From Vulcanimicrobiota bacterium (GTDB taxonomy: Bacteria; Vulcanimicrobiota; Xenobia; Xenobiales; JADMJV01): a DNA stretch of 64,000 nt. Shown here one piece after another: positions 39,298 through 48,320 of the stretch. The stretch spans positions 48,391 through 112,390 of the forward strand of contig JBFWNU010000012.1 in the NCBI GenBank assembly GCA_050250895.1. The letters are read 5' to 3'. The notes beneath the pieces were generated by a model. The model was not told the DNA's origin, searched no databases, and worked only from the letters and a program-made list of their open reading frames with translations. The translations under genes and the position numbers were made by a program. Position 1 is the stretch's first letter. Each line of letters opens with the position of its first letter.

Positions 39298-39684
39298 CTC
39301 GAGGCCAGCCTTCACCCCGCGATTCTCGGGGTGAACCCCCGAAACCGACCTTCACCCCGCGATTTCTCGGGGTGAACCCCCGAAACCAGCCTTCACCCCG
39401 CGATTTCTCGGGGTGAACCCCCGAAACCAGCCTTCACCCCGCGATTTCTCGGGGTGAACCCCCGAAATCAGCCTTCACCCCGCGATTTCTCGGGGTGAAC
39501 CCCCGAAACCGACCTTCACCCCGCGATTTCTCGGGGTGAACCCCCGAAACCGACCTTCACCCCCGATTTCTCGGGGTGAACCCCCGAAACCGACCTTCAC
39601 CCCGCGATTTCTCGGGGTGAACCCTCGAGGCCAGCCTTCACCCCGCGATTCTCGGGGTGAACCCCCGAAACAACCTTCACCCCG
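39298..39684. repeat. Tandem array of about 41-bp palindromic units (9 full plus 1 partial)
   Basis: TTCACCCCG-CGATTTCT-CGGGGTGAA cores start at 39311, 39351, 39392, 39433, 39474, 39515, 39556, 39596 and 39637, with a partial at 39676. Confidence 0.95.
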
Positions 39685-39808
39685 CCGCCGGCCCCCAGCC
39701 CACGCAGGACCCCCTCCACCGCCCGCGAAGCACCGGCCAATCCATCGGACGTCACTCCCGACGCGGTTTTGCTGGGGTGACTTGTCCGCGCCGGAAGTGG
39801 TGATCGCG

Positions 39809-41407
39809 ATGGCTCGCTTGAAAATGATTCTCGTCTGCCTGGTGCTGTTGGTCGGGTGTAAGACCAACCCCGGGCAGAGTGGCTCGAAGGTGCCCCCGGT
39901 ACCGGCCGACAACGTGCTGGTGGTGGCCAAGCCCGACGACCCGGTGGGGCTTGACCCGGCCAATGTCACCGATGCCGAATCGTCGCAGGTTTGCCGCAGC
40001 TTGTATGACACGCTGGTGCAGTATGCCCGCGACTCGATGGAGGTTGAGCCGGCCCTGGCCGAGTCGTGGGAGACGTCGGAAGATGGCCTGGTCTGGACCT
40101 TCAAGCTGCGCCAGGGAGTGAAGTTTCACGACGGCACGCCCTTTGACGCCGAGGCGGTCAAGGTCAACTTCGAGCGCCAGTTCAGGCCCGACCATCCGCT
40201 GCGATTTGCGGGCAACAAGTTTCTCTACTGGACGGACATCTGGGGCTCGCCCAGCAAACTGAGCCAGGTCGAAGTGGTCGACGAGCACACCGTCAAGCTG
40301 CATCTTACCCAACCGGTGGCCCCGTTCTTGCAAAATCTGGCCATGCCGTTCTTCGCCATCGTCTCGCCCACAGCTCTCCAAGAGCATAAGGAAGACTTCT
40401 TCAAACACCCGGTCGGCACGGGCGCCTTTAAGTTCGTCGAGTGGAAAGAGCGCGAGAAGATCGTGCTGGCGGCCAATGCCGACTATTGGGGGGGCAAGCC
40501 AGCCCTCGACCAGGTGATTTTCAAGCCCGTCAAGGACAGCACTTCACGCCAGTTGCAGCTCGAGAAGGGCGCCGTGGGGCTGATTACCGGGCTTTTGCTC
40601 GAGAACGTCAAGCGTCTACAAGACAACCCGGCCGTCACCGTCGAGACCCAGGCCGGGATGAATATCGGCTTCGTGGCCATCAACAACCAGCACAAACCCT
40701 TTGACGACCCGCGGGTGCGCCAGGCACTGTATCACGCCATCGATCGCAAGACCATCGTGGATGAGCTTTATCAGGGGCTGGCCGAGGTGGCCGACTCGCC
40801 GCTGCCGCCGGCGGTGTGGGGTCGGGCCGAACTCGAAGACTACGACTATGATCCCGAGAAGGCCAAGAAGCTGCTGGCCGAAGCCGGCTATCCCGACGGT
40901 TTCAAGACCGAACTGTGGTATATGAGCGCTCCCCGGCCTTATTTTCCCGAGCCGAAGGTGACCGCCGAAGTGCTGGGCTCGATGCTCAAGAACGTCGGCA
41001 TCGAAGCCGAACTATCGGCGGTCGACTGGAGCGTCTACCTCGAAGAGATTGGCAAGGGCCATCATCAACTGGCGCTGGGTGGCTGGATCGGCGACCACGG
41101 CGACCCTGACAATTATCTCTATATCTTGTTTGACTCGGACAACCTCGACACCGAGCGGGGTGGCACCAACGTCTGCCTTTACTCTAACCCGCAGGTCCAT
41201 CAAGAGCTGACCCAGGCCCAGCAAGAGCTCAACCGCACCGACCGCGAGAAGCTCTATGTCAAGGCCCAGCAGCAGATCCACGAGGATTGCCCCTGGGTGC
41301 CGCTGGTCTACGCCTCGCAGACGGCGGCCCACCATCCCAAGCTCAAAGGCTTCACCCTTCATCCCACCGGCACGCTGTTGCTCGACAAGGTGCACTGGGA
41401 GAAGTGA
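39809..41407 (+). CDS. Dipeptide/oligopeptide ABC transporter substrate-binding lipoprotein
   Basis: Lipobox LVGC; LDPA, PALAESW, LRQGVKFHDGTPF, PVGTGAFKF. Confidence 0.92.
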   Translation: MARLKMILVCLVLLVGCKTNPGQSGSKVPPVPADNVLVVAKPDDPVGLDPANVTDAESSQVCRSLYDTLVQYARDSMEVEPALAESWETSEDGLVWTFKLRQGVKFHDGTPFDAEAVKVNFERQFRPDHPLRFAGNKFLYWTDIWGSPSKLSQVEVVDEHTVKLHLTQPVAPFLQNLAMPFFAIVSPTALQEHKEDFFKHPVGTGAFKFVEWKEREKIVLAANADYWGGKPALDQVIFKPVKDSTSRQLQLEKGAVGLITGLLLENVKRLQDNPAVTVETQAGMNIGFVAINNQHKPFDDPRVRQALYHAIDRKTIVDELYQGLAEVADSPLPPAVWGRAELEDYDYDPEKAKKLLAEAGYPDGFKTELWYMSAPRPYFPEPKVTAEVLGSMLKNVGIEAELSAVDWSVYLEEIGKGHHQLALGGWIGDHGDPDNYLYILFDSDNLDTERGGTNVCLYSNPQVHQELTQAQQELNRTDREKLYVKAQQQIHEDCPWVPLVYASQTAAHHPKLKGFTLHPTGTLLLDKVHWEK

Positions 41408-42402
41408 TCCGCTATCTGGGTCGTCGCCTGTTGGAGACGCTCCCGGTGGTGCTGGGCATCAGCCTGATCGTCTTCTTGCTGTTGCGATTGGTGCCGGGCG
41501 ATCCGGTGCGTATCATGCTCGGTGAGCGGGCCAATCCCGATCAGGTCGAGCGAGTGCGCCACGAGCTAGGACTGGATCGCCCCTGGCCGGTTCAGTATTT
41601 CGAGTTCATGCGCCGGGCCGTCCAGCTGGATCTGGGCCGCTCCATCAAGCGCAATTCGCTGGTCACCGAAGAGCTGAGCCGGGCCTTTCCGGCCACCCTC
41701 GAGCTGACTTTGGCGGCGGTGTTCTTGGCCACCCTGGTCGGCGTTGGTCTGGGCACGCTGGCGGCGCTCAAACGCAATAGTTGGGCTGACGCGTTGTGCA
41801 CAGCCATCTCGCTTTCGGGCATCTCGATTCCTATCTTCTGGTTGGGACTGTGCTTTATCTTGATGTTTCCGGTAGGGCTGGGGTGGTTTCATTTCGGGGG
41901 GCGCACCGACTTTTCGTTCGACACGGTGACCGGGCTCTACCTCATCGACTCTTTGCTGGCGGGGCGGCTCGACATCTTTTGGGACGTGCTCTCGCATTTG
42001 ATCCTGCCGGCCGTCACCCTGGCCACCGTTCCCACCGCCATGATCGCGCGCATGACCCGCTCGGCCTTGCTCGAGGTGCTGGGTCAAGACTACATTCGGA
42101 CCGCCCGCGCCAAGGGGTTGGACCCGCGGGCGGTCCTGTTCGGACACGCCTTGCCCAACGCCATGCTACCGATCGTCACGGTGGTGGGCCTTCAGTTTGG
42201 CTATCTGCTCGGGGGGGCGGTGCTGACCGAAACCGTCTTTCAGTGGCCGGGCCTGGGCGTGTTGCTGCTCGAGGCGGTGAAAGAACGCGACTACCCTCTG
42301 GTCCAGGGCTCGATTCTGTTGATTGCCATCAGCTTCTCGCTGGTCAACCTGGCCGTCGACCTGGCTTATGCCTTTTTCGACCCGAGGATTCGCTATGAGT
42401 GA
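41404..42402 (+). CDS. Peptide ABC transporter permease (DppB-like)
   Basis: PGDPV, LGLDRP, DYIRTARAKGL, ETVFQWPGLG, DPRIRY. Confidence 0.92.
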   Translation: MIRYLGRRLLETLPVVLGISLIVFLLLRLVPGDPVRIMLGERANPDQVERVRHELGLDRPWPVQYFEFMRRAVQLDLGRSIKRNSLVTEELSRAFPATLELTLAAVFLATLVGVGLGTLAALKRNSWADALCTAISLSGISIPIFWLGLCFILMFPVGLGWFHFGGRTDFSFDTVTGLYLIDSLLAGRLDIFWDVLSHLILPAVTLATVPTAMIARMTRSALLEVLGQDYIRTARAKGLDPRAVLFGHALPNAMLPIVTVVGLQFGYLLGGAVLTETVFQWPGLGVLLLEAVKERDYPLVQGSILLIAISFSLVNLAVDLAYAFFDPRIRYE

Positions 42403-43267
42403 GGCAACCCCCACCCAATTGGTGTGGGCCAAGCTCAAGCGCAGCCGGCCGGCGTTGCTGGGGGCGGTCCTGTTGGCGCTGTTTTTTTTCACGGCTTTGT
42501 TCGCGCCCTGGCTTGCTCCTGACGGACCCGACGACCAGGACCTCCATCGGCGTTTCCAGGCTCCGAGCCTTAGCTCGGTGGAAGGGCATTTTCCCTTCTT
42601 GCTGGGCACCGACAATGTCGGCCGTGATTTGCTCAGTCGAGTCATTCTAGGCGCTCGCATCTCGCTGCGGGTGGGCTTTTTCGCGGTGGCTATCTCGGCC
42701 GTCTTCGGCATTCTGCTGGGAGCCGTGGCCGGCTACTTCGGAGCAGCGCTCGAAAGCCTCATCATGCGCTGCATGGATATCATGCTGGCCTTTCCCAGTA
42801 TATTGCTGGCCATCGCCATCGTGACGGTGCTAGGTAATAGTCTGACCAACGCCATGATCGCGGTGGGCATCGTAGGCGTTCCGGTGTTTGCCCGGTTGAC
42901 CCGGGCGGCCGTGCTGGGGGTCAAGAGCATGGACTACGTCGAGGCGGCCCGGGCCCAGGGGGCTTCGCACGCCCGGGTGCTGTTCGTGCATGTCTTGCCC
43001 AACTGTGTCAATGCCCTCATCGTTCAGGCGACCCTGAGCACTGGCACGGCCGTGCTCGACGCTGCCGGGCTGTCTTTTTTGGGGCTGGGGGCCAAACCGC
43101 CCGCTCCCGAGTGGGGCACCATGCTGAGTGACACTTTTCGTTACTACGAAACGGCTCCCTGGTGTGTGGTGGCACCCGGTTTGGCCATCATGGGAATGGT
43201 TCTGGGCTTCAATCTGCTGGGTGACGGATTAAGAGATGCCCTCGACCCTCGTCTGAAGGAGGATTGA
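42395..43267 (+). CDS. Peptide ABC transporter permease (DppC-like)
   Basis: LGTDNVGRD, YVEAARAQGA, LSFLGLG, GDGLRDALDP. Confidence 0.92.
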   Translation: MSEATPTQLVWAKLKRSRPALLGAVLLALFFFTALFAPWLAPDGPDDQDLHRRFQAPSLSSVEGHFPFLLGTDNVGRDLLSRVILGARISLRVGFFAVAISAVFGILLGAVAGYFGAALESLIMRCMDIMLAFPSILLAIAIVTVLGNSLTNAMIAVGIVGVPVFARLTRAAVLGVKSMDYVEAARAQGASHARVLFVHVLPNCVNALIVQATLSTGTAVLDAAGLSFLGLGAKPPAPEWGTMLSDTFRYYETAPWCVVAPGLAIMGMVLGFNLLGDGLRDALDPRLKED

Positions 43268-43391
43268 GGGGGAGAAGCTGGAACTCGATTCAAAGTCTGA
43301 GACCGGCCCAACCACCTGTTGGGTGCTCGGCGGCAACGTTAGAGCCTTATCGGGTACAGACAACAATGGTGTGTTTGGAGGTAGGTTACAA

Positions 43392-43598
43392 ATGAAAAAC
43401 CTTATTTCTTTGGTTTTGGGCGGGCTGCTTCTCGGCGGTCTGATGTTCGGTTGCGGTGGCAGTACGCCCCCCGCCGACAACAACAGCCCCGCAGTTAGCA
43501 CTCCCGCCGAAGGGGGCGTCGAGATGTCCCCTGCTCCTGAGGGCGGCGAGACTCCCGCTATGGAAGAAACCCCGATGTCCGAGGGAGATTCCCATTAG
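43392..43598 (+). CDS. Small disordered lipoprotein
   Basis: SD GGAGG; lipobox MFGC; acidic Pro-rich tail. Confidence 0.7.
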   Translation: MKNLISLVLGGLLLGGLMFGCGGSTPPADNNSPAVSTPAEGGVEMSPAPEGGETPAMEETPMSEGDSH

Positions 43599-44310
43599 GG
43601 CGACTCTCATCGCCGGAGTCCTGGCGGCAGGCCTGTGCCTGCTGCCAGGCTGCAATCCGCAGGGGCAGTCGGCTCAGTCAACGCCCACTCCGGTTTCTTC
43701 TCCCGTTCGGGTGTCGGTGGAGGATCAGCCCAACTCTGTGGGCCTGACCCCGTTGCCGGGCAAGTCTGCTCCCGAGGTGACCGAGAAGAAAGTGGTCAAG
43801 ATGACCACCGATGCAGGCGAGCTGACCATCGAGGTCTATCCTCAGGCGGCCCCCAACGCGGCCAAGCGCTTTATAGAACTGGTCGAGGCAGGCTTTTACG
43901 ACAATACCCCGATCTTCCGGGTGGTCCGTGCACCTCAGCCGTTCGTGGCCCAGTTCGGGATCAACTGGCGCGACGACTTTCCCCAGTGGCAAGAAAAGAA
44001 TTTTGATGACGATCCGACCTATTTCAAGCTGGATCGGGGCACCCTGGCTTTCGCCAAAGCCGGGCCCAACACCAACAGTACTCAAGTGTTCATCAACTTT
44101 GGCGACAACAGCAATCTGGCTTCGCCCGAATACAACTTTACCACCTTCGGCAGGGTGGTCGAGGGTCTTGACGTCATCGACAAATTCGTGCCCACCGGTT
44201 CCGAGAGCATGGAACTCGAGCAGGGCCCGCTTTGGGAAGATGGCGAGAAGTACCTCAAGAGCATCGAAGAGAAGCCGACTATGATCACTAAAGCCGAGGT
44301 CGTCCAGTAG
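43594..44310 (+). CDS. Cyclophilin-type peptidyl-prolyl isomerase lipoprotein (probable ATT start)
   Basis: GFYDNTPIFRVV, FVAQFG, GTLAFA, TQVFIN, FGRVVEG; an ATT start gives the lipoprotein signal RATLIAGVLAAGLCLLPGC. Confidence 0.88.
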   Translation: MRATLIAGVLAAGLCLLPGCNPQGQSAQSTPTPVSSPVRVSVEDQPNSVGLTPLPGKSAPEVTEKKVVKMTTDAGELTIEVYPQAAPNAAKRFIELVEAGFYDNTPIFRVVRAPQPFVAQFGINWRDDFPQWQEKNFDDDPTYFKLDRGTLAFAKAGPNTNSTQVFINFGDNSNLASPEYNFTTFGRVVEGLDVIDKFVPTGSESMELEQGPLWEDGEKYLKSIEEKPTMITKAEVVQ

Positions 44311-45359
44311 CTACTCTGGTTCGCGTCGAGTGCGGCTTTCCGCCTCACTATTACTCCCAAGAAGAGCTTATCGACGCCCTCAAGGAATTCTGGGCCGAGA
44401 AGGTCTTCAATCTAGAACGCCTCGAGCAGTTCCATCGCAACGTGTTGGTGGAGGGCCGCCATCTGGCTCTCGCCCGCGAGCAATACCGCGAACTGAAAGG
44501 CTTTGGCGACCGCAACACCGCCTGGATCGAGGTGGCCACCGAGCTGGCTACCGAGGTGGTGGGCAGGTTGCTAGAACGGTCTGGCTGTTCACCCGAACAG
44601 CTGGGCCTTTTTGCTTTCACGACCGTGACCGGTCTGGCCGTGCCCTCGCTCGAGGCTCGTTTGATGAACCGGCTGCCTTTACCCCGCAGCCTGCGGCGCA
44701 TGCCGCTGTTTGGCCTGGGTTGTCTGGCTGGGGCGGCGGGGGTAGCCCGGGCGGCCGATTCGTTGGCTGCCTATCCTGACAAGGCGGCCATCATGCTGGC
44801 CGTCGAGCTGTGCTCGTTGACCCTGCAGGCCGAGGATTTTTCGGTGGCCAACCTGGTGGCCAGCGGGCTCTTCGGCGATGGGGCAGCGGCCGCTTTGCTG
44901 GTGGGCGATGAACATCCCCTGGCCGGGCAGGGGCCGAGAGTGCTGGCTACAGCCTCCGATTTCTATCCTGACAGCGAGCGGGTCATGGGTTGGGATATCA
45001 CCGACAATGGCTTCAAGATCGTGTTGGCCAACAACGTGCCCGACTATGCCCGTCACCAGGTGGCCGATGGAGTGCGTGCCTTTTTGGGCGAGCAAGGGTT
45101 GGCCATCGAGGACATCGGCTGGTGGATCACCCATCCCGGCGGGCCCAAGGTGATGTCTTCGTTGTGCGAGGGGTTGGGTTTGCCCGACGAAGCCCTCGAG
45201 CTATCACGCCAGAGCCTGGCTCGGGTGGGCAATATGTCGTCTGCTTCGGTGTTGTTCATTCTCGACGAGGTGATGCGTCAGGCCAAACCCGGAGACTATG
45301 GGCTCTTGATGGCGATGGGTCCGGCCTTCTGCTCGGAGCTGGTCTTGCTGCGATGGTGA
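44307..45359 (+). CDS. Type III polyketide synthase (start non-canonical or uncertain)
   Basis: GLGCLAG (Cys), HPGG (His), GNMSS (Asn), LFGDGAAA. The conserved FPPHYYSQ lies in frame upstream of the first GTG at 44442. Confidence 0.92.
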   Translation, partial: VATLVRVECGFPPHYYSQEELIDALKEFWAEKVFNLERLEQFHRNVLVEGRHLALAREQYRELKGFGDRNTAWIEVATELATEVVGRLLERSGCSPEQLGLFAFTTVTGLAVPSLEARLMNRLPLPRSLRRMPLFGLGCLAGAAGVARAADSLAAYPDKAAIMLAVELCSLTLQAEDFSVANLVASGLFGDGAAAALLVGDEHPLAGQGPRVLATASDFYPDSERVMGWDITDNGFKIVLANNVPDYARHQVADGVRAFLGEQGLAIEDIGWWITHPGGPKVMSSLCEGLGLPDEALELSRQSLARVGNMSSASVLFILDEVMRQAKPGDYGLLMAMGPAFCSELVLLRW

Positions 45360-45889
45360 CTCCGGCGGTCTTCTCGGTGCTGGTGGTGGCCATGGCTTGT
45401 CAGCGGTTGTGGGAGCTATCGCGAAGCGCCCGCAACGAGGCGACTCTGCGAGCCCGGGGGGGCTACGAAGTGGGGGGCGGCCATTTCTGGGTGATGCGTC
45501 TGGTCCATACCGGCTGGTTGCTCGGTTGCCTGCTCGAGGTCTGGTGGGCTCCCGTCTCCTGGCCGGGCCTGGCGGTGCTGGGGTGGCTGGGGCTGGTGCT
45601 GGGTCAGAGCCTTCGCTATGCGGCCATTCGTCAGCTGGGTTCACGCTGGACCGTCCGAGCCATGGTGGTGCCCGACGAGAGAGTTGTATCCGGAGGGGTC
45701 TTTCGCTATCTACGCCACCCCAACTATCTTGGGGTGGTCATCGAACTGGCCGGCTTTCCCTTGATCGGGGGCTGTGTCAGGACGGCCCTAGTTTTTTCCT
45801 TGGCTAATGCCCTCCTCTTGAAGGTGCGCATCGCGGCCGAGGAAAAGGCTCTTCGAGAGGAAACAGATTATGGCCAGGCCTTCGGCTGA
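45353..45889 (+). CDS. Isoprenylcysteine carboxyl methyltransferase family (BpsB/SrsB-like)
   Basis: QRLWELSRSARN, LGSRWT, GVFRYLRHPNY, RIAAEEKAL. Confidence 0.9.
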   Translation: MVTPAVFSVLVVAMACQRLWELSRSARNEATLRARGGYEVGGGHFWVMRLVHTGWLLGCLLEVWWAPVSWPGLAVLGWLGLVLGQSLRYAAIRQLGSRWTVRAMVVPDERVVSGGVFRYLRHPNYLGVVIELAGFPLIGGCVRTALVFSLANALLLKVRIAAEEKALREETDYGQAFG

Positions 45890-46130
45890 AGTTGGTGAGC
45901 TGATCACCGAGATTCTGACCCACGAGTGTGGGGTCAAAAAGGCTATCACAGACGACAGCCTGTTGGCTGAGGAGCTGGGTCTTGACTCGGTCGGGATGCT
46001 AGCCCTGGCCCTGGGCCTCGAAAACCACTACCAGATGAAGCTGGGTGAAGACGCTCAGAACCCGCCTCGCTCGGTGGGCGAACTGCGCCGGCTGGTGGAG
46101 AGTCGATTGGAGCAGCGTGAAGTTTCTTGA
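45870..46130 (+). CDS. Acyl carrier protein
   Basis: LGLDSVG phosphopantetheine site. Confidence 0.88.
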   Translation: MARPSAEVGELITEILTHECGVKKAITDDSLLAEELGLDSVGMLALALGLENHYQMKLGEDAQNPPRSVGELRRLVESRLEQREVS

Positions 46131-47745
46131 GGCCCTGCTCGGGGCGGGGGAGCGAGCGGATCGCTTTGTCGAGTTTCAATCGGGGCCTGAAATCAACCGC
46201 GTGTCGATGGCCGAACTGGTGGCCTCAGCCCGGCGCCGCGCTGGAGGGTTACTCGCGTCCGGAGTCGAGCCCGCCCAGGTGGTGGCCGTGGCCGGAACCA
46301 CCGGTCGAGACACGGTGGAGACCATTCTGAGCGTGTGGCTGGCCGGAGCGGTGCCCACCGTCTTGCCGCTGCCGGCTCGCATGGGTCGGATGGAAGAGTA
46401 CGCTCGCTCGACCCAGGCCAAGCTGGCGGCCTGTCGGGCCAGCCTGTTGATCGGCGAAGAGGGCTTTGTCGAGTCGCAGCAGCAGGCTTTGAATGTGCCC
46501 TGTCGTTCGTTCGTCCAGTTGGAGGACGGCCCGGAAGTGGCCGAAACGACCGGACTCGGCTTGATCCAGTTCTCGAGCGGCACCACTCGCGAACCTTCAC
46601 CGGTGGCTCTCGAGCGAGAGGCGATGCTGGCCAACGTGCGGGCCATGCTGGGCCGATTTCCCGGCGACCCCAGCCAGCATAGCTGCGTCTCGTGGCTGCC
46701 TCTGTATCACGACATGGGATTCATTGGCTGCCTCCTTTCGGCCCTGGTGGCTCAGGGCAACCTCACCTTGCTGCGCCCCGAAGAGTTCGTGGCCCGGCCG
46801 ATCGCCTGGCTCGAAGCCCTGACTCGCACCCGGGCTAGCACCAGCCCTGCCCCCAATTTCGCCCTGGCTTTGTGTTGCGAGCGAGTGCGCGACAAGCAGA
46901 TGGGCAAGCTCGACCTGTCGCACTGGGGTGTGGCTTTGATCGGCGCCGAGCCGGTGCAGCGGGGAACGCTCGAGCTGTTCGCCGAGAAGTTTGGCGCGGT
47001 GGGTTTTCGGCGCCAGGCCTTGACACCGGTCTATGGTCTAGCCGAAGGAACCCTGGGAGTGACCTTTAGCCCTATCGACCTCGAACCACGGTTTTTCGAC
47101 GTGGCTGCCGATCGGCTGGCCGAGACCGGAGAGATCGTGGCTGGCAACCACTCCATCGCCAACCTGGGTCGCCCCCTGGAGGGGGTCAGGGTGGAGATCC
47201 GCGACCGGCAGGGCCAGGTCCTGGGCGAAAACCGGTTGGGACGGGTCTGGGTGGAGAGTCCGGGGCTCATGCAGGGGTATCTCTATCAACCCGAGCGCAC
47301 CGCCGAGGTGCTGGTGGACGGCTGGCTCGATACCGGCGATCTAGGCTTTTTGCGCGAGGGTGAGCTTTATCTCTATGGCCGCGCCAAGGACATTCTGCTG
47401 ATCCAGGGGCGCAACCACGACCCGGTCATGGTCGAGCAGGCCCTGGCCGGGGTGGATGGCCTGCGGGCCAGCCGGGTGGCGGCCTTTTCGGTGCCCGATG
47501 CCGAAAAAGGCAGCGAGGCCCTGGTGGTGGTGGCCGAACGGCAGATGGGCAAACGCAGCCACGAACCGGCCGAGCTGGCCCGCCAGGCCCGGGCCGCCGT
47601 CATTGCCGCCACGGGTCTGGTCCCGAGCGCCGTGCATATCGTCGAACCCGGCACTCTGCCGGTGACTTCCAGCGGCAAGATCCGTCGCAGCCAGGCTCGC
47701 CAGAATCTTGCCAACGGCAACCTCAAGCCGGTAGGCACCGGCTGA
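46117..47745 (+). CDS. Fatty acyl-AMP ligase
   Basis: QFSSGTT, WLPLYHDMG, PNFA, YGLAEGTL, TSSGKIRR. Confidence 0.9.
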   Translation: MKFLEALLGAGERADRFVEFQSGPEINRVSMAELVASARRRAGGLLASGVEPAQVVAVAGTTGRDTVETILSVWLAGAVPTVLPLPARMGRMEEYARSTQAKLAACRASLLIGEEGFVESQQQALNVPCRSFVQLEDGPEVAETTGLGLIQFSSGTTREPSPVALEREAMLANVRAMLGRFPGDPSQHSCVSWLPLYHDMGFIGCLLSALVAQGNLTLLRPEEFVARPIAWLEALTRTRASTSPAPNFALALCCERVRDKQMGKLDLSHWGVALIGAEPVQRGTLELFAEKFGAVGFRRQALTPVYGLAEGTLGVTFSPIDLEPRFFDVAADRLAETGEIVAGNHSIANLGRPLEGVRVEIRDRQGQVLGENRLGRVWVESPGLMQGYLYQPERTAEVLVDGWLDTGDLGFLREGELYLYGRAKDILLIQGRNHDPVMVEQALAGVDGLRASRVAAFSVPDAEKGSEALVVVAERQMGKRSHEPAELARQARAAVIAATGLVPSAVHIVEPGTLPVTSSGKIRRSQARQNLANGNLKPVGTG

Positions 47746-48320
47746 TGGAGTTCGCCAGGGTGCTGGCCCGACGGCGGATGGTGCGAAACTATCTGCCCGA
47801 CCCGGTCGACCCGGCCACTGTCGAGCGAATTGTCGAGGCTGGTCTGTCGGCTCCCAGCGCTGGCTACGCCCAGGGCCAACGCTATCTGGTGGTCACCGAC
47901 CCCGAGCGCCGGCGGGCCGTGGCCGAGCTGGCCGGCGAGCCGGGCTATGTAGCTCGGGGATTTGACCCGTGGTTGTCGCGAGCTCCGGTGCATCTGCTGG
48001 TGATGACCTGCGAGCACGACTACCATCGGCGCTATGCCGAGCCCGACAAGTCGGGCAGTGACTGGCCCGTTCCCTACTGGCATGTCGACGCCGGCGCGGG
48101 TCTGATGGCCATTCTGCTGGCTACCGTCAACGAAGGGCTGGCGGCCGGCTTTCTCGGTTCGCATCGTCTGGAAGGCATCAAGCCCTTGTTGGGGGTGCCT
48201 GAAGAGTTCACCGTCATCGGGCTGGTCACCATTGGCCGGCCCGCCAGTGATCGACGCTCGGGCTCGCTGGCGCGGGGCAAACGGCCCGACCGCCTGCGCT
48301 GGGAGCAGTGGGATGGCTAA
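47745..48320 (+). CDS. Nitroreductase family protein
   Basis: RRRMVRNY, APSAGYAQ, VDAG, EGLAAGF. Confidence 0.88.
   Translation: MEFARVLARRRMVRNYLPDPVDPATVERIVEAGLSAPSAGYAQGQRYLVVTDPERRRAVAELAGEPGYVARGFDPWLSRAPVHLLVMTCEHDYHRRYAEPDKSGSDWPVPYWHVDAGAGLMAILLATVNEGLAAGFLGSHRLEGIKPLLGVPEEFTVIGLVTIGRPASDRRSGSLARGKRPDRLRWEQWDG

Noticed and set aside
39298-39684. Possible CRISPR array
   Set aside because: The sequences between palindromes are near-identical and only about 15 bp, not unique spacers, and there are no cas genes.
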